Source: Roseovarius sp.
GTDB lineage: Bacteria; Pseudomonadota; Alphaproteobacteria; Rhodobacterales; Rhodobacteraceae
DNA: 64,000 nt
Reading direction: 5' to 3' (one strand)
Assembly: GCF_048264965.1 (NCBI RefSeq)
Contig: NZ_JBLXCN010000013.1
Shown here in pieces: positions 9,485 to 17,834 of this stretch (position 1 is the first letter of the stretch; every line of letters starts with the position of its first letter). The position numbers were made by a program, and so were the translations under genes. The notes under the pieces are model-generated. The model was not told the origin of the DNA and ran no database searches. It was given only the letters and a program-made list of their open reading frames with translations.

Positions 9485-10309
9485 TTAGCTCAGCCAACGC
9501 TTGCGGCGGCGATAGCTGCGCACGTCGCGGAACGATTTGCGGCCCTCGTCCGACATGCCCAGATAAAACTCTTTCACATCCGGGTTTTCGCGCAGGTCCT
9601 TGGCCGGACCATCCATAACGACCCGTCCCGATTCCAGGATATAGCCATAATGCGCAAACCGCAGGGCTACGTTGGTGTTTTGCTCGGCCAGAAGAAAGGT
9701 ATAGCCTTCTTCTTCGTTGAGCGTCTTCACGATGTTGAAAATCTGCTCCACAAGCTGCGGTGCAAGCCCCATGCTTGGCTCATCGAGCAGGATCGTCTCG
9801 GGGCGGCTCATCAGGGCACGGCCAATGGCAACCATCTGTTGCTCGCCCCCCGAGGTATAGCCCGCCTGGCTTTTGCGACGCTCTTTCAGGCGCGGAAAAT
9901 ACTCATAGACCTTGTTGAGATCCTCATCGATCTCTCCCCGCGACGAGCCGCGCGTATAGGCGCCAGTCAGCAGGTTTTCCTCGACAGTCAGATGTTCGAA
10001 ACAATGGCGCCCCTCCATAACCTGAATGACGCCCTTTTTCACAAGGTCAGAGGGCATCAGATCCTGCACGCGTTCGCCGCGATAGGTGATGCTGCCCTTG
10101 GTGACCTCGCCACGCTCGGACCTAAGCAGGTTCGACACCGCCTTGAGCGTGGTCGTCTTGCCCGCGCCATTGCCCCCCAAAAGGGCCGTGATCCCGCCTT
10201 TCGGCACCTTCAGGCTGACACCTTTCAGCACAAGGATGACGTGATTGTAGATCACCTCGATATTGTTGACCTCAAGAAGGGTCTCGTCACTCGGTCCTGC
10301 ATCCAACAT
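9485..10309 (-). CDS. HAAT (Liv-type) ABC transporter ATP-binding protein, LivF-like
   Basis: GGNGAGKTT Walker A, TSGGEQQM signature, LLDEPSMGLAP; GGAG RBS before MLDAG. Confidence 0.93.
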   Translation of the reverse strand: MLDAGPSDETLLEVNNIEVIYNHVILVLKGVSLKVPKGGITALLGGNGAGKTTTLKAVSNLLRSERGEVTKGSITYRGERVQDLMPSDLVKKGVIQVMEGRHCFEHLTVEENLLTGAYTRGSSRGEIDEDLNKVYEYFPRLKERRKSQAGYTSGGEQQMVAIGRALMSRPETILLDEPSMGLAPQLVEQIFNIVKTLNEEEGYTFLLAEQNTNVALRFAHYGYILESGRVVMDGPAKDLRENPDVKEFYLGMSDEGRKSFRDVRSYRRRKRWLS

Positions 10310-10368
10310 CCCGTGTCTCCGTCCCGGTCGGGCACTCGGCCCTGCTTTCATCTTTCCAAAAATACTCA

Positions 10369-10408
10369 AATTTCCCCGGCCGCCGCGATTGCTGCGGCCG
10401 GGGAAAAT
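10369..10408. repeat. REP-like stem-loop downstream of the substrate-binding protein gene
   Basis: AATTTCCCCGGCCGC...GCGGCCGGGGAAAAT, near-perfect 15-bp arms. Confidence 0.75.
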
Positions 10409-10417
10409 ATCACTGGC

Positions 10418-11698
10418 TTAGCAGCCCGGCTCGATGCCGTTCTCGGCGGCATAAGCGGCCGAATCTTCTGCGACCAGCGGTGCGAGAATTTCCTGATCCG
10501 ACTGGAAGTAATCGGTGATCAGGCTCCATTTGCCCGCATCGGCATCCCACTGCGCCACGGCGCCATAGCCGTTGCCGCCGTGGTTTTCACAGGTCACCTT
10601 GAACTCGGGGCCGAATTTCGGAAGGCCAAGCGCGGCCATTTTCGCTTCGGTCATCTCAAGGTTTTCCATGCCGTCGCGCATCATCGCAGGGGTGATCGCA
10701 GTGGTGCCATGCAGGTCCTGCGCGGTTTTCGCCGCTTCGGCTGCCAGCATCGCAGCATACATGCCCCGGTTATAAAGCGCGGTGCCAAGCTGATCGCCGG
10801 CCCCGGCGGCCTTGCCTGCATCCACAACATATTTCTGCAGATCGGCATAAACCGGGTAATCATCGCCCAGGTTATGGAAGGTCAGCGCCTTATAGCCATT
10901 CGCGCCCGCACCAGCAGGCAGCACGTCGTTTTCCGACCCCGACCACCAGATACCGATGAAGTTTTCCATCGGGAAACGGATGTTTGCGGCTTCCTGAACG
11001 GCAACCTGGTTCATCACGCCCCAGCCCCACATCAGCACGTAATCCGGCTTTTCGCGGCGAATCTGAAGCCATTGCGACTTTTGCTCCTGACCGGGGTGGT
11101 CAACAGGCAGCAAGGTCAGCTCGTAACCGTGCTTTTTCGCAAGCTCTTCCAGCGTGCGGATCGGCTCTTTGCCATAGGCAGAGTTGTGATAGACCAGCGC
11201 GATTTTCTTGCCGCTGATGTCACCGCCGTTGAGGTCAAGGATATGCGTGACGGCGTGGCTTGCCCCATCCCAATAGTTGGCGGGATAGTTGAAGATATTG
11301 CGGAATACTTCGCCGTTCTTGGCCGAGGTCCGGCCATAGCCCATCGAGTGCAGCGGAATGTTGTCCGAGGTCACCTTGGGGATCAGCTGATAGGTAATGC
11401 CGGTCGAGAGCGGCTGATAGACAAGCGCGCCCGAGCCTTTGGTCGACTCGTAGCATTCCACACCTTTTTCAGTGTTATAGCCGGTCTCGCATTCGACGAT
11501 GTTGACCTTCTCGCCGTTGATACCGCCATCGCGCTCGTTCAGCAGCGTGAAATAGTCGATATAGCCATCCGCAAACGGAATGCCATTGGCCGCATAGGGC
11601 CCGGTGCGATAGCTCAGCGCGCTGAATGTCAGATCAGCCAGCGCCGGCCCCGCAGCCATCACAGCCGCAATCGCGGCAGTTGCCAGTTTGAATTTCAT
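10418..11698 (-). CDS. HAAT ABC transporter substrate-binding protein
   Basis: Signal peptide ending ALA; YRTGPYA, NERDGGING, ECETGYNTEKGVECYE (PBP1 type). Confidence 0.92.
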   Translation of the reverse strand: MKFKLATAAIAAVMAAGPALADLTFSALSYRTGPYAANGIPFADGYIDYFTLLNERDGGINGEKVNIVECETGYNTEKGVECYESTKGSGALVYQPLSTGITYQLIPKVTSDNIPLHSMGYGRTSAKNGEVFRNIFNYPANYWDGASHAVTHILDLNGGDISGKKIALVYHNSAYGKEPIRTLEELAKKHGYELTLLPVDHPGQEQKSQWLQIRREKPDYVLMWGWGVMNQVAVQEAANIRFPMENFIGIWWSGSENDVLPAGAGANGYKALTFHNLGDDYPVYADLQKYVVDAGKAAGAGDQLGTALYNRGMYAAMLAAEAAKTAQDLHGTTAITPAMMRDGMENLEMTEAKMAALGLPKFGPEFKVTCENHGGNGYGAVAQWDADAGKWSLITDYFQSDQEILAPLVAEDSAAYAAENGIEPGC

Positions 11699-11776
11699 CG
11701 GTTTATTCCTCCCTTGGTTTTTGTCCGATGGTTGTCGCAGGGCGGGATCTTGCCCGCCGTACTCCTGTGCCTGCCC

Positions 11777-12853
11777 CTAGTGCGGGAAAGGCCAAAGCCG
11801 TAGTTTTTCCTTGGCCACGCGCCACAATTGCGCAAGCCCGTGCGGTTCGGCGATCAAGAAGATGATGATCAGCGCCCCCACAATGATGAATTCAAGATGC
11901 GCCGCAAGATCGGTGGGCCACCCCATGCCGCCAACCAGCGCGTTTTTCAAAAGCACCGGCAGCAGCACAAGGAATGCCGCGCCCGCAAAGCTTCCAAAGA
12001 TCGAGCCAAGACCGCCGATGATCACCATGAACAGCACGAGGAAGGATTTGTTGATGCCGAACACCTCGCCCACTTCGACGGCGCCAAGATAGACCGAAAA
12101 GAACAGCGCACCCGAGATGCCCACGAAGAACGAACTGACAGCGAAGGCCGTCAACTTGGCCTTGAGCGGGTTCACCCCGATGATCTCGGCGGCGATATCC
12201 ATATCGCGAATGGCCATCCATTTGCGCCCGGCCATGCCGCGTGTCAGGTTGCGCGCGATGATCGCACAGACCGTCACGAACACGAGACAGAACAGGTAGG
12301 CCGCCCAGGGCGCTGTTTCCGCACCGGTGATCGACACGCCGAAAACGGTGCGCTCGGGGGCGGAAATCTGACCCGAGGCCGAGTAGTTGTAGAACCACGG
12401 CACCCGGTTGAACAGCCAGACCAGAAAGAACTGCGCCGCCAGTGTCGCCACGGCAAGGTAAAATCCCTTGATACGCAGGGATGGCAGGCCAAAGAGAACC
12501 CCCACCCCGGCCGTGATCGCACCCGCAAGGATGACATGAATGAACATGCTAACATCCGGAAAGATGGTCATAAGTTTATAGACCGCATAGGCGCCCACCG
12601 CCATGAAGCCGCCGGTGCCAAGGCTGACCTGCCCGCAATAGCCCACCAGGATATTGAGCCCGATGGCGGCGATTGCATAGATCAGGAACGGCAGGAAGAC
12701 CGCGTTGACCCAATAGTCGTTGATGATGAACGGCACGACGGCAAAGGCCAGCACGAGCACCACGTAATAGCGATAGCGGTCGAACTTGATCGGAAAGGTC
12801 TGGTTGTCCTCGGTATAGGACGTCTTGAAGTCACCTGCTTCACGATAGAACAT
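11777..12853 (-). CDS. HAAT ABC permease, LivM-like
   Basis: GLNILVGYCGQVSLG, LRIKGFYLAVATLA, MVIIGGLGS. Confidence 0.93.
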   Translation of the reverse strand: MFYREAGDFKTSYTEDNQTFPIKFDRYRYYVVLVLAFAVVPFIINDYWVNAVFLPFLIYAIAAIGLNILVGYCGQVSLGTGGFMAVGAYAVYKLMTIFPDVSMFIHVILAGAITAGVGVLFGLPSLRIKGFYLAVATLAAQFFLVWLFNRVPWFYNYSASGQISAPERTVFGVSITGAETAPWAAYLFCLVFVTVCAIIARNLTRGMAGRKWMAIRDMDIAAEIIGVNPLKAKLTAFAVSSFFVGISGALFFSVYLGAVEVGEVFGINKSFLVLFMVIIGGLGSIFGSFAGAAFLVLLPVLLKNALVGGMGWPTDLAAHLEFIIVGALIIIFLIAEPHGLAQLWRVAKEKLRLWPFPH

Positions 12854-13112
12854 TTCTGGTCACCTCCCCATAGGTATCAATTTCGTCGTCGCGCTTTTCC
12901 GCGCGGTTGGGCCGTCTGGCATAGCCGGTCTCTTCCGAATGGCGCACCAGCCACAGAAACGCGAGCATGCCCAGACCGCCGCCCATGGCCGCCAGAATGG
13001 CGGCGGTGACCATCTGGCCGGTTTCATTGGTGTCCGAGCTCAGGGCGAGATAGCCAAAGGCCCAGAACCCGCCCCAGGCGATGACGTTGACGATGGCAAT
13101 CAGCTTTTGCAT
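12840..13112 (-). CDS. Small (90 aa) two-TM membrane protein inside the ABC operon
   Basis: MQKLIAIVNVIAWGGFWAFGYLAL... two hydrophobic helices and a charged tail; tightly packed between the permease genes (4-nt gap, 14-nt overlap). Confidence 0.7.
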   Translation of the reverse strand: MQKLIAIVNVIAWGGFWAFGYLALSSDTNETGQMVTAAILAAMGGGLGMLAFLWLVRHSEETGYARRPNRAEKRDDEIDTYGEVTRNVLS

Positions 13113-13116
13113 CACG

Positions 13117-14106
13117 TCACACCCGCTCGATGATTTTCTCGCCGAACAGGCCCTGAGGCCGGAACACGAGGAAGATGAGCGCCAGAACATAGGCAAACCA
13201 GATCTCGGTGGCGCCCCCCAGGTAGGGCGCGCCGATGGCGAATTCGAACACCTTTTCACCGACGCCGATGATAAGGCCGCCGACGATGGCGCCGGGGATC
13301 GAGGTGAACCCGCCCAGCATCAGTACCGGCAGGGCCTTGAGCGCGATCAGCGACAGCGAGAACTGCACCCCCGATTTGGTGCCCCACATGATCCCGGCGA
13401 CCAGTGCCACGAAACCGGCCAGCGACCAGACCATGACCCAGATAAAGTTAAGGCTGATGCCGACAGACAGTGCCGCCTGATGGTCATCGGCCACCGCGCG
13501 CATGGCGCGGCCCTGCTTGGAATACTGCGCAAAGATCACCAGCACGACCACCAGAAGCGCCGCCACGACGGTGGCCACGATATCGAGGTTGTCGATGAAA
13601 AAGCCGTAATCGAAGATGTTATAGGTCAGCTCGTCAATGAACGGGTTAAGGCCCTGCGGCAGGCCGACATCAAGCTTCTTGATGTCGCTGCCCCACATCA
13701 TGTCGCCAAATCCCTCAAGGAAATAGGCAAGGCCGATGGTTGCCATGAACAGGATGATCGGTTCCTGATTCACCAGGTGGCGAAAGATGAGCTGATTGAC
13801 GACCCAGGCCATCGCCACCATCACCACCATGGTTAACAAGATCGCCAATAGCGCGGGCACATGCCATCCGAAATGATGCACCTCGGTGCCGAAGATCGCG
13901 TTGATCAGGTGGCTGAAGGGCACCTGCCCTTCCATGATCCCGACAAGCGTCAGCGCCGCGAAAAGCGCCATGACGCCCTGGGCATAGTTAAAAATGCCGC
14001 TCGCCTTGAAGATCAGAACAAAGCCAAGCGCGACGAGCGCGTAAAGCACCCCCGCCATGAGGCCGTTCAAAAAGACCTCCATTCCCCATATCAGCTGTTC
14101 AGGCAT
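13117..14106 (-). CDS. HAAT ABC permease, LivH-like
   Basis: LVALGFVLIFKASGIFNYAQG, GRAMRAVADD, LGGFTSIPGAIVGG. Confidence 0.93.
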   Translation of the reverse strand: MPEQLIWGMEVFLNGLMAGVLYALVALGFVLIFKASGIFNYAQGVMALFAALTLVGIMEGQVPFSHLINAIFGTEVHHFGWHVPALLAILLTMVVMVAMAWVVNQLIFRHLVNQEPIILFMATIGLAYFLEGFGDMMWGSDIKKLDVGLPQGLNPFIDELTYNIFDYGFFIDNLDIVATVVAALLVVVLVIFAQYSKQGRAMRAVADDHQAALSVGISLNFIWVMVWSLAGFVALVAGIMWGTKSGVQFSLSLIALKALPVLMLGGFTSIPGAIVGGLIIGVGEKVFEFAIGAPYLGGATEIWFAYVLALIFLVFRPQGLFGEKIIERV

Positions 14107-14129
14107 GGCTACGGTCTCCGTTCAATGCA

Positions 14130-14182
14130 ATTTTCACCCGGCGTGCCGGGGTGGGTGGGTGGGCGGCGTGCCGGGTGAAAAT
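14130..14182. repeat. REP-like inverted repeat enclosing a (G3T)3G3 tract
   Basis: ATTTTCACCCGGC ... GCCGGGTGAAAAT 13-bp perfect arms; GGGGTGGGTGGGTGGG at 14148-14163. Confidence 0.75.
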
Positions 14183-14201
14183 CCCGGCCTCTGTCAGGAT
14201 C

Positions 14202-15023
14202 TCAATCATGTGCAACCCCGAGATAAGCGTCGATCACGTCTTGATTGTTGCGCACCTCGTCAGGCGTTCCGTCGCCGATTTTCTTGCCGTAATCCATCAC
14301 GACAACCCGGTCGCTCAGATCCATCACGACGCCCATGTCATGCTCGATCAGTGCTATGGTGGTGCCAAACTCGTCATTCACATCCAGAATAAAGCGGCTC
14401 ATGTCCTCTTTTTCCTCGACGTTCATGCCCGCCATCGGCTCGTCCAGCAAAAGGATAGATGGCTCGGCGGCAAGGGCCCGTGCCAGTTCGACCCGCTTCT
14501 TGAGGCCATAGGGCAGACGCCCGACCGGGGTTTTGCGGATGTGCTGGATCTCAAGAAAGTCGATGACCTTTTCCACGACGGCGCGGTTTTCAACCTCTTC
14601 GCGCTCGGCGCGACCCTTCCAGATTGCCTGAGAGAAAAGCCCGGCTTTCATTTCGCGCAGACGGCCGGTCATGACGTTGTCAAGAACGGTCATGCCCTCG
14701 AACAGCGCGATGTTCTGAAAGGTCCGCGCGATGCCCTGCTGCGCCACTTGATAGGGCTTCATCGGCGGGCGGCGCTCGCCCTTGTACCAGACCTCGCCCT
14801 CTTGCGGATTGTAAAAGCCCGAGATCACGTTGAGCATGCTGGATTTACCGGCGCCGTTGGGGCCGATGATGGCGCGGATTTCCCCCTGACGGATGTCAAA
14901 GCTGATGTCCTTGATCGCCACAACACCGCCAAAGCGCAGGGTGATGTTCTTCATCTCCATCACCACGCCGCCGATATTGCGGCCATCGGCGGTGGTGTAA
15001 CCTTCTGGTGTCATGTCATTCAT
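14202..15023 (-). CDS. HAAT ABC ATP-binding protein, LivG-like
   Basis: GPNGAGKSS, IARTFQNIALF, LPYGLKKRVELARAL, LLDEPMAG. Confidence 0.93.
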   Translation of the reverse strand: MNDMTPEGYTTADGRNIGGVVMEMKNITLRFGGVVAIKDISFDIRQGEIRAIIGPNGAGKSSMLNVISGFYNPQEGEVWYKGERRPPMKPYQVAQQGIARTFQNIALFEGMTVLDNVMTGRLREMKAGLFSQAIWKGRAEREEVENRAVVEKVIDFLEIQHIRKTPVGRLPYGLKKRVELARALAAEPSILLLDEPMAGMNVEEKEDMSRFILDVNDEFGTTIALIEHDMGVVMDLSDRVVVMDYGKKIGDGTPDEVRNNQDVIDAYLGVAHD

Positions 15024-16993
15024 TCTGCTGCCACCTTCATGTCTGGCACATCGGCAACCGCCGCGTCGCGGATCGTCAGCGTCGCACTGATCGAGCCTTT
15101 GCGCCCGTCTTCATAGGTCACTTCGGTTTCGGTGTAGATTTCGTTCGATCCGTCATATAGCGCCGTTATCAAATCCTTAAACTTTTCCTCGACGATCCGG
15201 CGACGCACCTTGCGGGTGCGGGTCATTTCGCCGTCATCGGCATCAAGTTCCTTGTGCAGGATCAGGAAGCGGTTGACCTGACAATGCGACAGCATCGGAT
15301 CGTCCGCCAAAGAGCGGTTGACCTCTTCGACATGGCCTTGGATCGTATCAAGCACCATCGGGTTCCCGGCCAGTTCCTGGTAGGAGGCATAGCCGATATT
15401 GTTGCGCTCGGCCCAGTTGCCGACCGCCGTCAGGTCGATGTTGATAAAGGCCGTGCAGGCCTCGCGCTCGTTGCCAAAGACCACGGCCTCAAGGATGTTG
15501 GGATAGAACTTCAGCTTGTTTTCCACGTATTTCGGCGCGAACAGGCGGCCGTCGGCCATCTTGCCGACATCCTTGGCGCGGTCGATGATGCGCAGGTGGC
15601 CGTTGTCCTTGTCAAAGAACCCGGCATCGCCAGTCGCGACCCACCCCTCGGAGTCCTTGGTATCGGCGGTGCTTTCGGGGTTCTTGTAATAATATTCGAA
15701 GGTGCCGGGGCTGCGATAGAACACCTCGCCATTCTCGGCGATGCGGATTTCCACGCCGGGGGCCGGTACGCCCACGGTATCGCTTCGCACCTCGCCATCG
15801 GGTTGCAGGGTGATGAACACCGACGCCTCGGTCTGGCCGTATAGCTGTTTCAGGTTGATGCCCAAAGAGCGATAGAAATCAAAGATTTCCGGCCCGATCG
15901 CCTCGCCTGCGGTATAGCCGACGCGCACCCGGCCAAGGCCAAGGGTGTCTTTTAGCGGCCCATAGACGAACAGGTTGCCAAGCTTGTACTTGATCCGATC
16001 CCAGGCGCTGACCGCCTTGCCGTCAAGAATGGCCGGACCAACCTTGCGGGCATGCGCCATGAAGGTGTCGAACAGCCACTTTTTCATGCGGCTGGCGTCT
16101 TCCATTCGGATCATTACATTGGTGAGCTGGGTTTCAAACACCCGCGGCGGGGCGAAATAATAGGTCGGGCCGATCTCGCGCAGGTCGGTCTGCATCGTCT
16201 CGGCGCTCTCGGGGCAATTGACGCAGAAGGCGCACCAATAGGCCTGGCCGATGGAAAAGATGAAATCGCCGACCCAGGCCATCGGCAGATAGGCCAGAAC
16301 CTCTTCGCCAGCCCCGAGATGATCGAAATCCGAGGATGAGCGCGACGCCTCAATGATATTGCGGTTCGACAGGACGACGCCCTTGGGCTTGCCTGTGGTG
16401 CCCGAAGTGTAGAGCATCACGCAGATGCTGTCATAGTTCAGCTTCGCACGCCGCTCCTTGAGGTCGTCAAGGAATTCTTCGCGGGCGGCACGGCCCTGGT
16501 CCTGAATATGGCTGAACTGATGCAGCTTGTGATGATCGTATTTGCGCAGGCCGCGCGGATCGACATAGATCATATGCTCAAGCTGGTGCAGGCCCTCCTG
16601 CACTTCGATAAGCTTGTCGACCTGCTCCTGATCCTGAACGATGGCAAAGCGGGCACCGCAATGATCCATCACATAGGCCATCTCTTCGGCGGCGGCATCC
16701 TGATATAGCGGCACAGGGACTGCACCGACCGATTGCGCCGCAACCATGGACCAGTAAAAATACGGACGGTTGCGACCGATCACGGCAATGAAATCGCCTT
16801 CATTGACGCCGAGATTGATCAACCCAAGCGCAAGCGCCTCGATTTCCTTCTCGGCCTCGGACCAGGTCCAGCATTGCCAGATACCGTATTCCTTTTCCCG
16901 ATAGGCGGGTTTGTCGCCATATTGGGTCGCGTTACGTTGCAACAGCGCCGGAATGGAATCCATTCCGCCGGTCGCCTGAGACGGCTGTGCCAA
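15020..16993 (-). CDS. Long-chain acyl-CoA synthetase family AMP-binding protein
   Basis: YTSGTTGKPKG, YGQTE, TGDAG, IIDRAKD; probable TTG start with GGAGGAG RBS 5 nt upstream (the ORF-track start at 17290 runs into the divergent gene). Confidence 0.9.
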   Translation of the reverse strand: MAQPSQATGGMDSIPALLQRNATQYGDKPAYREKEYGIWQCWTWSEAEKEIEALALGLINLGVNEGDFIAVIGRNRPYFYWSMVAAQSVGAVPVPLYQDAAAEEMAYVMDHCGARFAIVQDQEQVDKLIEVQEGLHQLEHMIYVDPRGLRKYDHHKLHQFSHIQDQGRAAREEFLDDLKERRAKLNYDSICVMLYTSGTTGKPKGVVLSNRNIIEASRSSSDFDHLGAGEEVLAYLPMAWVGDFIFSIGQAYWCAFCVNCPESAETMQTDLREIGPTYYFAPPRVFETQLTNVMIRMEDASRMKKWLFDTFMAHARKVGPAILDGKAVSAWDRIKYKLGNLFVYGPLKDTLGLGRVRVGYTAGEAIGPEIFDFYRSLGINLKQLYGQTEASVFITLQPDGEVRSDTVGVPAPGVEIRIAENGEVFYRSPGTFEYYYKNPESTADTKDSEGWVATGDAGFFDKDNGHLRIIDRAKDVGKMADGRLFAPKYVENKLKFYPNILEAVVFGNEREACTAFINIDLTAVGNWAERNNIGYASYQELAGNPMVLDTIQGHVEEVNRSLADDPMLSHCQVNRFLILHKELDADDGEMTRTRKVRRRIVEEKFKDLITALYDGSNEIYTETEVTYEDGRKGSISATLTIRDAAVADVPDMKVAAE

Positions 16994-17203
16994 ATTTTCT
17001 CCTCCCATATGTCCGCGCTGCGAACAGGTGACCGCCTTGGGGCGATTCTTCCCTCTCCCAAAGGGTGCGTGTTTCATGGTCGGCGTCAACTTTTTCCTGA
17101 ACATTTCCCAAATCTTACGAATTGTAACAGGCATGCCGATGCGCTTGACATGTCCCGGCCGGGGCCGGAAACCGGGGTTGGCAACAGCACTACAGGACAC
17201 CGC

Positions 17204-17803
17204 ATGACCCAAGCCCGGCTGGAATTCTGGTTCGATTTCGCATCGACCTATTCCTATCTCAGCGCGATGCGACTTGGCCCGCTGGCGCAAAAGTCCGGGG
17301 TCAAGGTCGTCTGGCGCCCCTTTCTGTTGGGGCCGATCTTTGCCGCGCAGGGATGGACCACGTCACCGTTTCGGATTTACCCGGCGAAGGGCCACTATAT
17401 GTGGCGCGACATGACCCGCCGAACGCAAGCGCTTGGCCTGCCGCTGAAGAAACTGGACAACATGCCGCAAAACAGCGTGCTCGCCGCGCGGGTGGCCCAA
17501 CTCGCGCTTGGCACCGAGCATGGCGTCGCATTCTGTCAGGCGGTTTTTTCCGCCCAGTTCGGTCAGGGTCGCGACATTGCCGAGGTGCCAGTGATCAGGG
17601 ACTGCCTTGAGGCGACCGGCCTGTCGGGTGATCTCGTCGACAGGGCCGCGCAGGATGACAACAGGCTTGTCCTGCGCCGCAGCACCGAAGAGGCCATGGC
17701 GCGCGGGATCTTCGGCGCACCCAGCTTTATCATCCAGGACGAACTTTTCTGGGGCGATGACCGGCTTGAAGAGGCCTTGGACTGGGCCGCCCGGCATGCT
17801 TAG
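17204..17803 (+). CDS. DsbA-family 2-hydroxychromene-2-carboxylate isomerase / kappa-GST-like protein
   Basis: FWFDFASTYSYL, WRPFLLGPIF, GIFGAPSF, LFWGDDRL; AGGA RBS. Confidence 0.88.
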   Translation: MTQARLEFWFDFASTYSYLSAMRLGPLAQKSGVKVVWRPFLLGPIFAAQGWTTSPFRIYPAKGHYMWRDMTRRTQALGLPLKKLDNMPQNSVLAARVAQLALGTEHGVAFCQAVFSAQFGQGRDIAEVPVIRDCLEATGLSGDLVDRAAQDDNRLVLRRSTEEAMARGIFGAPSFIIQDELFWGDDRLEEALDWAARHA

Positions 17804-17834
17804 ATCAAAACCCTCAGAGCGGGGACGCAAGTAG

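Noticed and set aside
9650-11803. 717-aa plus-strand ORF antisense to livF/SBP
   Set aside because: Shadow ORF typical of high-GC coding DNA; no motifs or RBS, and the opposite strand carries well-supported genes
15020-17290. Extended 756-aa version of the acyl-CoA ligase
   Set aside because: The extension overlaps the divergent gene and promoter; a TTG at 16993 has a strong RBS
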